IMG/VR virus record: IMGVR_UViG_3300025141_014934
Location: 1 to 53,111 of that record
DNA from: a virus
Taxonomy: Duplodnaviria; Caudoviricetes
Strand: one strand, 5' to 3'
Length of the DNA: 53,111 nt
Shown: piece after piece, positions 11,174 through 21,944 of the stretch
Layout of the letters: every line of letters begins with the position of its first letter
How positions within the stretch are numbered: the first letter of the stretch is position 1
The notes under the pieces: model-generated
Told to the model about the DNA's origin: nothing
Seen by the model: the letters and a program-made list of their open reading frames with translations, nothing else
The model's database searches: none
Program-made: the position numbers and the translations under genes

Positions 11174-11569
11174 TTACATTTCTATGATAGTACCGTCTCT
11201 CAAGGAAGTACTAACATCTATACTATCTGCGACACCGAGTGATGGTACTCGATATTGAATTGAAACATGTACTGCATTAGATTCATCTATATCCGAAACG
11301 TCAATATACTGAAGCTCCACATAAGGCATGTATTTGCCCACTTGTTGCGAGATCGCAATCTTCAAGTTTTCGTGAACCTCAAAAACATTCTGAGAGAATA
11401 GGTAGTTTCGTAAGCCCACGCCGAAGACCGGATCCATCATCCGTTCACCAGGACTTGTCAGCACAATATTTTTTAAATTCTGTGTTATTAGGTCTGCGTA
11501 TGTCTGAATTAAAGCATATCCGTCTTGAGGAGTTCGCTCTATCGGCAATCGTGGGGTAAGTCCTGGCAT
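11174..11569 (-). CDS. Baseplate wedge subunit gp25 / GPW_gp25 family
   Basis: 131 aa. QNLKNIVLTSPGERMMDPVFGVGLRNYLF is the gp25 signature. Confidence 0.92.
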   Translation of the reverse strand: MPGLTPRLPIERTPQDGYALIQTYADLITQNLKNIVLTSPGERMMDPVFGVGLRNYLFSQNVFEVHENLKIAISQQVGKYMPYVELQYIDVSDIDESNAVHVSIQYRVPSLGVADSIDVSTSLRDGTIIEM

Positions 11570-11635
11570 TTTTATCCTACACTAATTATGAACTTGGACG
11601 GAAAACTAGCAAAGTTTTATCTATAGTATCCAATT

Positions 11636-14600
11636 TCAGCTATCGTCCGGTTCAGCTGGAGGGCTGGCACTGAAAGCCCAGGCCGAGAGTGGGGATTGTT
11701 CGGATTTGTTGTCGCTGGCGTCCAGGGCGATGCGGGTAGCGGCCCTCTCAGCGTCTTGACGCGTCTCCTTAGCCGTATCCAGTGCCTCTTTCGTGGTGTA
11801 AGTGATCACAGGATCGTTGGGCCCAAGTCCCGGCTTAAACTCTTCTGGAATCTCCAAGAGTTGATTTCCGTCGGGCCCTTTAATAATCGTGTACTGGGGC
11901 ACGTTTAGGCACTCTGGTGAAAGTCCGCCGGTCTTGCATGCTGTGGGAGAGTCAGATGATGGAAGTTGCGGGAACGGAGGTAACGTTAGGCAGTCCCACT
12001 CCTTCTTAATTGTTCTGCCGAAGCCACCAAACTCCCCCTCAGTGGGTATTAATGGGCAAAGCACTAACTTTAACAGCCCAAACGGATCTATGGCAGATCC
12101 TAAGATGTTAACGGCCGCCATGAGGATCGATGCAAAGAAGTCAAACGTGATCTGTATAATATCGATGCCCATATCTTCCATAATTGAACCCCAATCAAGT
12201 CCCATTAGCGATGCCATGATGTCTGCGTCTTCGTATTCTTTGCACTTATTAATAGGATCATCGTTAATCAGCACGTAGAACAGATTCCTTAATGCCCTCT
12301 TAACTGCTGTATAAGAGTTGTTGGTTTCTCGATAGTTTTGAGAAACGTTAAGGTTAACATTTACAAAGGCATCTGCGAACAATCTATCTGTTGGGAAGAT
12401 ATAATCAAATAGAAACTTAAACTCTGGCTCATTTTCCAGTTCGCTTCTTAAATCTACAATTCGTGTATTTTGAGCGGCGAGATGGTTATTGGAGCGGGCT
12501 GCCACGCGGGACCAAGAGTCACCGCTAGCGATCAGGTCGAACTCTCTTTCCATGAGCGGCAAAGAAATTATTTGACGAGTCATCGGTGGTACAGTATGGG
12601 TGACCTGCAGCAGGCGGCCGGCTTTCTCATTTCGAGAAAATTCTGGGTTCATCACCGAAACGAGGGTTTCCGGATCTGCAAAAATGCTGTGACCGTCAAC
12701 ACCAAGGATATTATCTGGATCATCTACTGGCGGTAGGGCGGGGTCGCCGGGAAATTGTGAATAAGGAAGTACATATACAAGCCTCACTCCAAGTGATACA
12801 CTTTCAAAAAAGTCTGACGGCTTGTTTGTTAAAAGAAGATCGCTTATTCCCTCTTGTTCTCTAGCATCGTCCCAAAATGCACTCCAATCCTCAATGTTTA
12901 CAACATTAACTAAATCTGGTTTGGAAAAGAAGTCTTGAATCCTGTGGTAGTAGGGATGGCCCTGGAGCGGGTGTTGTAACCACGCTTCCTCTATCATAGC
13001 GGCTCGTCGTTTAGTACCTGTTGCCGGCGGTACTCGTACGATACTTAACAAATTGGTTATCGCATTGTTTTGTGGCATTTGATCTTCGGGTTTGTCAATT
13101 ACCCGTATATATTTTTCAAAGTAAAACTTTCCGCCGCTACTGCCCTCATATTTTTCCCCTGAAGGATTGGTATAAAATGCATAATTTGAAGCACAATCTA
13201 GAGTGTCCGGATCTAACAAAAAGAAATCTAGAGGTTTCTTCTTCTTGTCGCGTCGGACGCGTTCCCACGCACGTTGCTTCTCTGGCGTCAATAAGTTTAG
13301 ACCCTCCATTTCTTTAAGGTGATCCTCAATAATGTATTCGAATTCCTCATTCAAGGAAGCAATCTGCTCCTTTATGAAGAACACCAACATATCGTCTTGT
13401 GAATTCATCTCAATGGGGCGGCCGGTGATGGGGTCGCGACTCACAAGTTCATCGTTTCTTATTTTCCTCTCCCTCATAATACTGCCGGCAATTTCCATAA
13501 AGTCACAATAAAATCCCGCATCTTGGCTAAGATCTGCCTTGAATTTTTGTGCGATATGAAGAGGAACCAAATTAGAGCGACAAATGTCAAGAAGACTATA
13601 CTGTACTGAGAATGGATATATTTTCATGAAGAATTGTAGTGTATATGTCCTCATGTAGAGGTATATGACCCCCAGGAGTGCGGCTTTGGCTAATTGTGGT
13701 ATGTTCTTATCCTCTAGCGGTGAGCCGGCAGGATCACATACAGGCGTTTCCTGGAAAGCATCCTTTACCAGCTTCTTTAGGGCACGCATGCTAGTGAGAT
13801 CCCCGTGCGGGACCGAGGGTGGGATTTCCATAAAATCAATTGGCTTTCCCGGTGCAACAGGGGCTCCGTCAAGAGGAGGGCGCTCTATGAAGCCATTTGC
13901 TCTCCATGTTCTATCCTGACGTGAAGGAGTAAACTCTATATTTGTCAGATCATCAGCCGTCTGAATCGGGCCATTTGGTGCAGTATCGATAACTTCGGCC
14001 GTATAGAGCAAGCACTGCATCATGTAAGCTTTTTTAAATTTAAATTTATCGACATCATCAGCGAGTGATACATCTGCGCGAAGCTGAAAATATCTATCAA
14101 TTTTCTTTAAAAACATCTCGCTCTTTTCTTCGCCAGGCGGCTTTAACTCTGGGTCAGTTCCATTTTCAACAATATCATAATAATTAACGTCATACTGTTC
14201 CACGTTAGTAAGGGAGGGGTCTTCGGCAGCAGCCGGCTGTGTTACTTCGGTACTATTGTTATAAAATGCCCGGAACTCATCCCGATCATTTGCACCTGTA
14301 TCGATCTTATCTGTAAGCACCTGGCTAAGATTCATCTTAAATTCCAACTTAGAGTTGGGCTCTTTATTAAATTTAACTTCGCTGATGTTGTTGTACGCAA
14401 ATTGTTTAAACTGCTTTGATAGTTTGTCAACAACTTCTGTGGCAGGGTATAATAATGTCTGTGCCCTCTCAGGAATTCTTGTTATTTGACGTGAGTTCCA
14501 TTGGTTATGGCGGTGGTTCGGAATTTGCCCATCCAGAGTCCCGATAGTGGCAGGGGCAACAACAGCTGCGTTCTCTATTTGATGCATCACCTCAGAAAGA

Positions 14601-17600
14601 GGGGGTGTTGGTCCCGGAAGGCTGTTTTCGTATATTATTACAAAATCGTCAAATGTATTGCCTGAATATGGGGCGCCGAGCATGTCGCCTTGTAAAAACA
14701 AAACATCAGGGAGACTGGGCAGATCGGTCTCTTCTGGTTCGCCAAAATAATGAAGATTTAAAACCTGGCGGCGCACTGAACCGCCGCTGCCGCGTCCGCC
14801 GGCGAGGGAGAATTCGTCTTTGACAAAATCTGCGTGTGCCAACGGAACTATACCAGGGGTTATAAAGCGTACAAATCCGGGGGAGGCGCTCATTGCTGTC
14901 AGCTTTTCAGATATCGCTATCTTTTTAGCTGCAAATAGGGTGTTGGCGTCCTCGTCGCCGTCGCTGGCGCGAGAGTAGGCTTGTTGAATTTCTAGGGCCC
15001 TGGCGTAGTCTGCAGCGGTAAGTGGTGCTTCTCTAGTCGTCGCCTCGTCAGACAACTTGATCGTGTTTTTGTAAGACGAGGGTATATTGGAAGCAAAGCG
15101 CTGTTTAATATTGGCATAAAACACATTGATCGCAGTATTGTTCGAGGCTTCGACAACTGGGATAGCCTTCCAGTTTACAACGGGAGGCTTTGGCGGGGTT
15201 GCCGACGCAGGATCCGCAGGGGGCGGATTGCACGGGGGCTCTATTAAATTATCCATGATCTGGCTTTGATCACCAGAGGCTAGTTTCAAATACTGTTGGA
15301 GTTGTGCGTCTAAATCCTGCTTAAGATCCTGATAATCCTTTTGGTTTCTCTGCCCTAGATTATCGGAAGGGGGAGGGATATCGCACGTGTCATCTATTAT
15401 GTCCTCGTTGAAGGATAACAACGAAGCACAGAACCCTGGGCTCACCAGCGATCCTAAGCGCAAGAAAACCTGTCGCGTAGTGTCCGCATCCAAGAAAACG
15501 TCGCGTAGCTCTGGGTGGCGTCTAGCGGACTTAAGTGTGCTTTTGAGCGTAGCGGACGATGCAACGCCATTAAGTAAGTTGCATAGAGTACTGGGTAACA
15601 TTTTAGAGGTTATCTCGTCCAGGAACAACTGTAGCTGTGCTGCCGTGTTATCGCTTGATACGGATAACTCGAACGGTGCCTTGAATTTGGGGAGAGCACC
15701 TTTTCCTGAGTTACCGTCAGGTCCGAACAGTCCGTCGAGGAGACCCTGTAGATCTGCCGCAGAGATTGGTACCTTGGGTGTATCACCTACTTGCTTTCCC
15801 GCCTTGACCGCATTTCGCAAATCCTGACATATCCTAAGGATTGTTTTGAGAAGTGCGCGGACTAAACCAGCGGTTGCCTTTTCGATCGCCTCTTGGAGAG
15901 CCTCCTTCATCGCTTCACCAATCGCATCAAGCAGTGCGCCGGTGGCGATCGGTTTTATGGTGGGAAGACCAATCTTAGGAGGATTTGGCATTTTAAAGCT
16001 GAAACTAAGATCATTGAAGCCAATATCAGTTACGATGTCCATCAACTGGCTTAAGTAGCTTGCTAAGTTTTCACAAATTGACTCTAATTCGAATCTTTCA
16101 CCTAGTTCCTCGATGAATAACGCTGCGTCTTCGGAAAAATCTACAAATGACGCCCGCTTCGTCGTCTGGGCATCTAGCTCGGCTAGCCCTTGTTTGGCGC
16201 CGGCGGCGCTTTCAAAGGCTTTTTCCAAATCCTCAGCGCTCATGAACATATAAGAGCTATCTATTTTGGCCAAAGAACCGTAATAGGTTTCACGACGACG
16301 TTGACGAACTGGCTCTAGAGCGGCTTCGGCTTGTGCGTACGTACTTGCAGTCGATTTAGCAAGGGCGTCTGCGCCCCAGCCAGCGATCTCAAAATAAGGA
16401 AGAAGGACGTTCTTTCTAAACTCTTCTACACCAAGATAATTAAAGGCGGCTTCAAGGCGAGCTTCACAACTCCAGTCTATCCCTATTAGTTCAATTATGC
16501 ATTGCATAATCTGCTTAGCAACTTCAGTTACACCATACTTGGCAAGGAAGTGTTCATATGCATCGCTAATGCTTTGTATTTTTGACGTAGTCTGTTCTAG
16601 GAATACAAAAGTAGGACTCCCACTCCAGTGAGCCCTCTTTTCAGTGGCTTCTGCTACCATTTCCTGGATCTTGACGTCGCTCAGATAGTTGTTTTCTTCG
16701 TTAAGTTGTTGGAGTGTTTTCACGCTGTCATGAAGTTTACCCTTCTCCGTAGAAGTAGGAGTAAGAGTCGGGGGACTAATGACAAAATCTCTTAGGAAAT
16801 CTCCTATACTTTTCTTCGCCAGGTCCGCCTCAACAATTTGCTCCATGTTAATGAGATACAGTATGTTTTGTTTAGATACTGCGAGATCATTTCGGAAGGC
16901 GCCAAACCCAATTCTGAGCGGCCTTTTTTGCCCGTTGACAATTGCGTAAATGCCCTTTAAAGAATAGGCAGAGTCGCAAATGAATACAAGTTCTCCCTTC
17001 TTTTCAGCAAGTTCACGTGGCTTTACCTCATAACCATGAGAAGAGTTTGTTTCTAAATATTCGGCGGCGCTGCCCTCAAAGTATCTTGAGGGTGCAACAA
17101 GTTGTGTAAAACTATCAAATTGACTTAATTGAGGGCCGGAGGGTGATCCATAGATAGCGAAATTCTCGTCGCTGATGATCGAGTTCCGCTTCTCTTCCTC
17201 CAGTTTGTCTTGGAAGCTTTCCATTGCTAAGGTGAACTTTTCAAGACTCTTTTCGAAACTGCCGTTGAACCTAAGGTGGTGTTCGTAATAACCTCCGTAG
17301 TATGAGCCCTCACCAAAAGCTATCTCATACTTGGACATTTGGTTAGTGTTGCGCGGGAGCACATCAAAGTAACTTCTGTGTATGGTTGCCGTAAGAAAAA
17401 GATTTCCCCCTTTTTCTTGATGGTAGTTGGTCACGAAGGTATGATTGGCTATGAGTTCCAAAACCTTCGGATTCGACCATCCTCGATCGGTGGGTCCACC
17501 CATCTTATCAAGATTTTTTAATATATGACTTACGGCTGATTTTTTGACTTTCTCAAGAAATTTCTCTTGTCCCTCGCCAGATACTGACAACCAGTCTCGT

Positions 17601-18967
17601 GAAGAGTCTCCCAAATATCTTCCTAGAGGTGTCTGCGCTGCAGGGGTGGGTCCAGCAAGACTGTTGGTAATATTTTCTTTAATCTCTGATTCTTTAGTGC
17701 CAAGTAAACTTTCAAAGTCTTCTGCAACGATGGGGGATGTAAGAGCCAGAAAGAACAGATCTGGTACCTCGCCCGTGTAAAGTTTTATCCATTTAGAATC
17801 ATCACCAAGGAGGTTTTCGGCGCGGTCTGCTGTACTCTCGGGGACTAAATCCGTATATGGGCGGGTAACCACTCCATCACATTCTATCGTAATGTTGATC
17901 GTGTTAAAGAGTTCTTCGCGCCAGGGCTCCTCGTGGCTTTTTTCATACCACTTTGTCCCGTCAAAAAGTGGAAACGGCAGCGGTGTACTATTGGTTATTC
18001 CGTTGAAGTGCGTCCACTTACCTTCTTCTATATTATCAATAAAGCCAATATTGTATTCCAATACTTGCTGAAATGCTCCACCAGGAATCAAATATTGTGG
18101 ATCTATTTTTTGTCTCACATCCTTGGTGGCATCGTTGGCGGCACTATTAAACCCCTGTAAGCCCCGGCTTGTTAGATCTCCGCCTTTTTGCCATTGTTCT
18201 ACAATTTGTGCTTTGTAAGAGCTTCGCCCAAGCAAGTATCTTTTCTCAATTAAAGCCTTTGGAAGTCCAGAGTCTTCATCGATCTTCTCTTTTGCATATT
18301 CTTCTATTGCCCCATTCTCTTCTTCAAATTCAATATTGGCAGCATTCAGTAATGAGGCACGGCCGTAAACGTAAGCAATTTGTGCCTCTGAGCCGGGAGG
18401 GGCTTCTATCATTGATGCTGGCAGTGGAGAGTTTGGGCGCCCTAGCGGAGCCTTGTAGTGTGCTGGGTCATTGAATGAATTTTGAAATGTTTTTAAAGGC
18501 GCGCCTAGCTCGATTGCCGTACGAAGCTTATCGATTGATCCCGGAGGGTACCCTAAGATCTCTCCGAGATACACATCTAGATACCAATTACGGAATTGTT
18601 CAGATGCCACAATATCTGCACCATCAGGTACTGACGATACGGCTAGCTTATACGAAGACTCCATTAGGTCTACTGTCGCGTTTTCTGCAGCAGCACCATA
18701 GGCGTCCACACGAAGCTGGGGGCTTAGCTGCTGTCCGAAAGATGCCTTATAATCCTCAAAAATGTTCGTGGTGGTGTCACTCCAGAGGTCCTCATTTCCA
18801 AGAGCAACATCGGAAATGTCGGCGCCCATGTCCAGCGTACGCTCCACGCTGGGGGCGTTGTCCCCATAATACCGCCAGCCATAACCATTTTCAACAGCCA
18901 AGCGTAGCCAGTTAATGAGTTTGGATTTAAGTGCCTCAGGTTTATGTTCGCTTACTCTTAAACTCAT
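11636..18967 (-). CDS. Very large hypothetical virion/baseplate-associated protein
   Basis: 2443 aa uninterrupted ORF between gp25 and the gp5-like genes; largely helical, Pro-rich linkers, hydrophobic segment near the C-terminus; no recognised domain. Confidence 0.8.
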   Translation of the reverse strand: MSLRVSEHKPEALKSKLINWLRLAVENGYGWRYYGDNAPSVERTLDMGADISDVALGNEDLWSDTTTNIFEDYKASFGQQLSPQLRVDAYGAAAENATVDLMESSYKLAVSSVPDGADIVASEQFRNWYLDVYLGEILGYPPGSIDKLRTAIELGAPLKTFQNSFNDPAHYKAPLGRPNSPLPASMIEAPPGSEAQIAYVYGRASLLNAANIEFEEENGAIEEYAKEKIDEDSGLPKALIEKRYLLGRSSYKAQIVEQWQKGGDLTSRGLQGFNSAANDATKDVRQKIDPQYLIPGGAFQQVLEYNIGFIDNIEEGKWTHFNGITNSTPLPFPLFDGTKWYEKSHEEPWREELFNTINITIECDGVVTRPYTDLVPESTADRAENLLGDDSKWIKLYTGEVPDLFFLALTSPIVAEDFESLLGTKESEIKENITNSLAGPTPAAQTPLGRYLGDSSRDWLSVSGEGQEKFLEKVKKSAVSHILKNLDKMGGPTDRGWSNPKVLELIANHTFVTNYHQEKGGNLFLTATIHRSYFDVLPRNTNQMSKYEIAFGEGSYYGGYYEHHLRFNGSFEKSLEKFTLAMESFQDKLEEEKRNSIISDENFAIYGSPSGPQLSQFDSFTQLVAPSRYFEGSAAEYLETNSSHGYEVKPRELAEKKGELVFICDSAYSLKGIYAIVNGQKRPLRIGFGAFRNDLAVSKQNILYLINMEQIVEADLAKKSIGDFLRDFVISPPTLTPTSTEKGKLHDSVKTLQQLNEENNYLSDVKIQEMVAEATEKRAHWSGSPTFVFLEQTTSKIQSISDAYEHFLAKYGVTEVAKQIMQCIIELIGIDWSCEARLEAAFNYLGVEEFRKNVLLPYFEIAGWGADALAKSTASTYAQAEAALEPVRQRRRETYYGSLAKIDSSYMFMSAEDLEKAFESAAGAKQGLAELDAQTTKRASFVDFSEDAALFIEELGERFELESICENLASYLSQLMDIVTDIGFNDLSFSFKMPNPPKIGLPTIKPIATGALLDAIGEAMKEALQEAIEKATAGLVRALLKTILRICQDLRNAVKAGKQVGDTPKVPISAADLQGLLDGLFGPDGNSGKGALPKFKAPFELSVSSDNTAAQLQLFLDEITSKMLPSTLCNLLNGVASSATLKSTLKSARRHPELRDVFLDADTTRQVFLRLGSLVSPGFCASLLSFNEDIIDDTCDIPPPSDNLGQRNQKDYQDLKQDLDAQLQQYLKLASGDQSQIMDNLIEPPCNPPPADPASATPPKPPVVNWKAIPVVEASNNTAINVFYANIKQRFASNIPSSYKNTIKLSDEATTREAPLTAADYARALEIQQAYSRASDGDEDANTLFAAKKIAISEKLTAMSASPGFVRFITPGIVPLAHADFVKDEFSLAGGRGSGGSVRRQVLNLHYFGEPEETDLPSLPDVLFLQGDMLGAPYSGNTFDDFVIIYENSLPGPTPPLSEVMHQIENAAVVAPATIGTLDGQIPNHRHNQWNSRQITRIPERAQTLLYPATEVVDKLSKQFKQFAYNNISEVKFNKEPNSKLEFKMNLSQVLTDKIDTGANDRDEFRAFYNNSTEVTQPAAAEDPSLTNVEQYDVNYYDIVENGTDPELKPPGEEKSEMFLKKIDRYFQLRADVSLADDVDKFKFKKAYMMQCLLYTAEVIDTAPNGPIQTADDLTNIEFTPSRQDRTWRANGFIERPPLDGAPVAPGKPIDFMEIPPSVPHGDLTSMRALKKLVKDAFQETPVCDPAGSPLEDKNIPQLAKAALLGVIYLYMRTYTLQFFMKIYPFSVQYSLLDICRSNLVPLHIAQKFKADLSQDAGFYCDFMEIAGSIMRERKIRNDELVSRDPITGRPIEMNSQDDMLVFFIKEQIASLNEEFEYIIEDHLKEMEGLNLLTPEKQRAWERVRRDKKKKPLDFFLLDPDTLDCASNYAFYTNPSGEKYEGSSGGKFYFEKYIRVIDKPEDQMPQNNAITNLLSIVRVPPATGTKRRAAMIEEAWLQHPLQGHPYYHRIQDFFSKPDLVNVVNIEDWSAFWDDAREQEGISDLLLTNKPSDFFESVSLGVRLVYVLPYSQFPGDPALPPVDDPDNILGVDGHSIFADPETLVSVMNPEFSRNEKAGRLLQVTHTVPPMTRQIISLPLMEREFDLIASGDSWSRVAARSNNHLAAQNTRIVDLRSELENEPEFKFLFDYIFPTDRLFADAFVNVNLNVSQNYRETNNSYTAVKRALRNLFYVLINDDPINKCKEYEDADIMASLMGLDWGSIMEDMGIDIIQITFDFFASILMAAVNILGSAIDPFGLLKLVLCPLIPTEGEFGGFGRTIKKEWDCLTLPPFPQLPSSDSPTACKTGGLSPECLNVPQYTIIKGPDGNQLLEIPEEFKPGLGPNDPVITYTTKEALDTAKETRQDAERAATRIALDASDNKSEQSPLSAWAFSASPPAEPDDS

Positions 18968-18976
18968 GAAGATTCT

Positions 18977-19933
18977 CTAGTTGGTATTATTGAACGCACT
19001 CAAAATATAGAACGGGGCGCTATCGATAAGGTAGTTACCAACATATGTTGCGTTATTTACACGTGCTACTACCAAATCTGGCATCAATTTGCCTGCCAAC
19101 TCTTTTGCATTTTGTTGTGCTGCAACCGGTAATAGTGGTGACGGTGTCGTGGGCGCAGCAAACGCAGGGCTAATGTGATTATGACTAGCTACGGCAGCAT
19201 TCCAGGCTAACTGATATGCTGAAAATGCTGCTACCGAGTTGATCACGCTTGAGATTTGAAACGCCAATTCTTCCAGAGCAAGAGATATGTTAATGCCCTT
19301 GACTAGAGGTTGGAGTAGTGGGTTCCCTTCTGCATCTGTACCGTCGCTGTTTAATGCAATCAGATCAATACCACTCTTTGCTGGCTCACCACCAAGAGCG
19401 TTGGTCTCGCCCTTTCTTCCTTGCCCTGTAACTATTTTGATTCCCGAGCGACCAATTAACCTGACACTGTCGGCTTTAACCACAACTGCGGAGGTAGCTT
19501 TGGGGCAGCCGACTTTTCCCTCCACTATGCCAAAATTCTGGTCACAATTGGTCTTTTGAGAGATATAGATGCGTGCTGCGTCGCGGAATGGATCCGGATC
19601 AACGTATTGTTGCGGGCTTGAATTGTTGCCATTTCGTCCGACGACAAGGTCAATTCGGGCGCTGCGAGTTTCGCCAGATCCGCCAAAGCCATGGCTGCGT
19701 GGACCCAAGTTATCGGTACCCATGCACATGGAAGCCCCTTCAGGATGAATATGATTAATTTCATTGGGGCGCGGAATGTAGTGCGGGGCGACTGAAGCTT
19801 GGGGGTGACAATACACCCCTTTATAATCTACGGGTGGGGCGCCCTGGTCTTTCATTTGTTGATTACGGAGACGTTCATCTGACGTCATGCTCTCCGTATC
19901 ACGGGCGACGGTCCTAATCGATGGCTTACTCAT
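18977..19933 (-). CDS. Baseplate hub/central spike-like protein (gp5 C-terminal-like)
   Basis: 318 aa. Beta-rich repeats (ARIDLVVG, RIYISQKT, VVKADSVRLIGR), LVKG motif and HNH (ASHNHISP) typical of metal-binding spike tips; baseplate context. Confidence 0.55.
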   Translation of the reverse strand: MSKPSIRTVARDTESMTSDERLRNQQMKDQGAPPVDYKGVYCHPQASVAPHYIPRPNEINHIHPEGASMCMGTDNLGPRSHGFGGSGETRSARIDLVVGRNGNNSSPQQYVDPDPFRDAARIYISQKTNCDQNFGIVEGKVGCPKATSAVVVKADSVRLIGRSGIKIVTGQGRKGETNALGGEPAKSGIDLIALNSDGTDAEGNPLLQPLVKGINISLALEELAFQISSVINSVAAFSAYQLAWNAAVASHNHISPAFAAPTTPSPLLPVAAQQNAKELAGKLMPDLVVARVNNATYVGNYLIDSAPFYILSAFNNTN

Positions 19934-21636
19934 TATTCTTTTGCGGCGGCTGGCTCTTCGGCATCATCCACACCTGGCTCGGCAGCGGGATAGCCGGGCG
20001 GAGGCGTTGTGGTCCAGTACCTGTCTTCAAACAGTCTAGGGAGTTCGGCTCTTTGACGCTTTGCTCTATCGTGATATTCTCCTAGGGCGGTCACCTCTCT
20101 TCTAATATTTGCCTCCATGCCGCCGGTGTGGGTGCCGTGCTTATCCAGCTGATACCAACGGGGGCCCCCGTGCTTGGCAGTCCAGTGAGTCGTCGTTGGT
20201 ACGTTTCCTCGACCCTGCTTTCCAGGGTTTCGAACATCGTAGTGGACAAACCCTTTCTGTCTACCAGTCTTGATGTTCCGTCCATACGAGTAGTAGCCAA
20301 GACCACCATCTTTCATGGCGCCTCGGTAAATAAGATCTGAAATTGCTAAGAAGACTTGGCGTGGAGGAAACTTAGTAAATACGATATCTGAGGCACGGGC
20401 GAGCATATGCTGACTAATCTTTGATGTACCTTCGGTTTCAGCATTTTTTTTGCGACTACGATAACCACTGGTGATCCTAAACTCTTTGAAGTTTCGTGCT
20501 TTAATTTTAGTAACCCCTTCTGGGTGTAGGTATTGAATCAACACTTCTAAATTCATAGCCAAGATCTTAACATTTTTATAAAACTTCCGGGGGACATTTC
20601 CGAAATCCTCCAAATACAAGTTTTTTGTTAACTGCTTCTTTGAAGGATCAATAAATGTCTCATTCATTTTTCCAACAAAAGGCAGTCCTGCTATGTTTTC
20701 ATCCGTGAGTTTCGAGTCTTGCTTTGTAGGGTCCGCAACCACCTGTGGGGGGAGCGGAGGGTCTAGACACGGATTGGTGACTTCCTTAGCCTTAGCCTTA
20801 GCTCCGGGAGGACCCCCGCCAGATAGGATAATGGGCTGGCTGTTATCGTTTCTTATAACCTCAAGTATTGTGCCTCCTTGAGAGACATCCGGGACTCCAG
20901 AAGTGATCCCTTGGGGTCCCATGGGTTTATAGGTCAATCGGACTCGGACAAGGGCACCTGGGGTGATAAAGTTTTGATCTGTTAAGCTCAACCCATATTG
21001 AAACACCGGGTACGTTTCGGCAATCGATAGTGACAGTTTTTGCCCCTTGCGGCAGCCGGCTTGAAGATCCCCTGCTGCCGAGCTTGGCCACTCAGAAGGA
21101 AGTGGTCGTGGATCGAGTTCGGGAATGCATACTCTAACATATCCTATGTTGTTCTGTACTTCTGTAGCGTTTAAGATGTTGGTCGTAAATGCCTTGTTTT
21201 TTTCTTTGCATTCAATGTACTCTTTGCGTTTCCGTTTCCAGTCTGCCATATCGGCGGATCCATCGTCGGCTGCGCCGGCTTCGGCGCCATAGCGGCCGCC
21301 GCCGCGGGCGTGTGTTGCTTTAGGTTTGGGTCCGGGGTGTTTGCATTCCTCAACCCGTGCAGCGTTTGTTTCAATCGTCTGTAATTGTTGTCCTTCGTCT
21401 TTGCAGCTAAGAATGCTTCTCTCAATTTTTACTACGATCCCAACGAACTCGCTTTCAGTCTTAAGTACTTGAGGATTTACATAGTCGTCTATCACGCCTC
21501 GCATTAAAGAAAATTCGTCAACAGCGTTAGTGTCATACGGAGTTTGTTTGGAAACCACGGCCGGGTTTAGTTTACCATATGCCAACCCTGTTGTTCCAAA
21601 GGCATTCTCCAGTTCTGAATCGTTATAATTGGCCAT
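19933..21636 (-). CDS. gp5-like baseplate protein with C-terminal peptidase M15 (Zn peptidoglycan peptidase) domain
   Basis: 567 aa. N-terminal FVGIVVK...YVRVCIPELD is OB-fold-like. ITSGYRS...N...SQHMLARASDI...GGLGYY...FVHYDVR is the M15A His/Asp/His signature. Confidence 0.75.
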   Translation of the reverse strand: MANYNDSELENAFGTTGLAYGKLNPAVVSKQTPYDTNAVDEFSLMRGVIDDYVNPQVLKTESEFVGIVVKIERSILSCKDEGQQLQTIETNAARVEECKHPGPKPKATHARGGGRYGAEAGAADDGSADMADWKRKRKEYIECKEKNKAFTTNILNATEVQNNIGYVRVCIPELDPRPLPSEWPSSAAGDLQAGCRKGQKLSLSIAETYPVFQYGLSLTDQNFITPGALVRVRLTYKPMGPQGITSGVPDVSQGGTILEVIRNDNSQPIILSGGGPPGAKAKAKEVTNPCLDPPLPPQVVADPTKQDSKLTDENIAGLPFVGKMNETFIDPSKKQLTKNLYLEDFGNVPRKFYKNVKILAMNLEVLIQYLHPEGVTKIKARNFKEFRITSGYRSRKKNAETEGTSKISQHMLARASDIVFTKFPPRQVFLAISDLIYRGAMKDGGLGYYSYGRNIKTGRQKGFVHYDVRNPGKQGRGNVPTTTHWTAKHGGPRWYQLDKHGTHTGGMEANIRREVTALGEYHDRAKRQRAELPRLFEDRYWTTTPPPGYPAAEPGVDDAEEPAAAKE

Positions 21637-21944
21637 TACTCTTCTTGTCCTCCGCCATTAATAATGTCGAACAACTCAGACTTGTCAACTTCGCTAAGTC
21701 CTTGAGTCTTACTGTCTTTTTTGTGGAGAATGCTTGATACTTTAACAAGTTGCTCATTTGAGCGCTGGAGGGTTTCTACGTACTTCGAAGCGATCAGTCC
21801 GCACTCTTTATGTGAAGAGTCGTCCTTCTTCATGTAGATGATAAGATCGGCCAGAAGCGAGTGAATGATTGTACGATCTTTGCGCACATTATCTACTGCT
21901 TCTTCTAATCTCTCTTCTAAGTTTAAATCTTTCCCTCGTCCCAT
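21636..21944 (-). CDS. Hypothetical coiled-coil phage protein
   Basis: 102 aa helical ORF translationally coupled to both neighbours. Confidence 0.7.
   Translation of the reverse strand: MGRGKDLNLEERLEEAVDNVRKDRTIIHSLLADLIIYMKKDDSSHKECGLIASKYVETLQRSNEQLVKVSSILHKKDSKTQGLSEVDKSELFDIINGGGQEE

Noticed and set aside
11595-11625. Small inverted repeat AAAACT...AGTTTT between the 2443-aa gene and gp25
   Set aside because: The stem is AT-only and weak with no clear U-tract, so it is not supportable as a terminator.
21636-21944. Possible terminase small subunit
   Set aside because: Only size and coiled-coil character fit; there is no motif and no adjacent large terminase.
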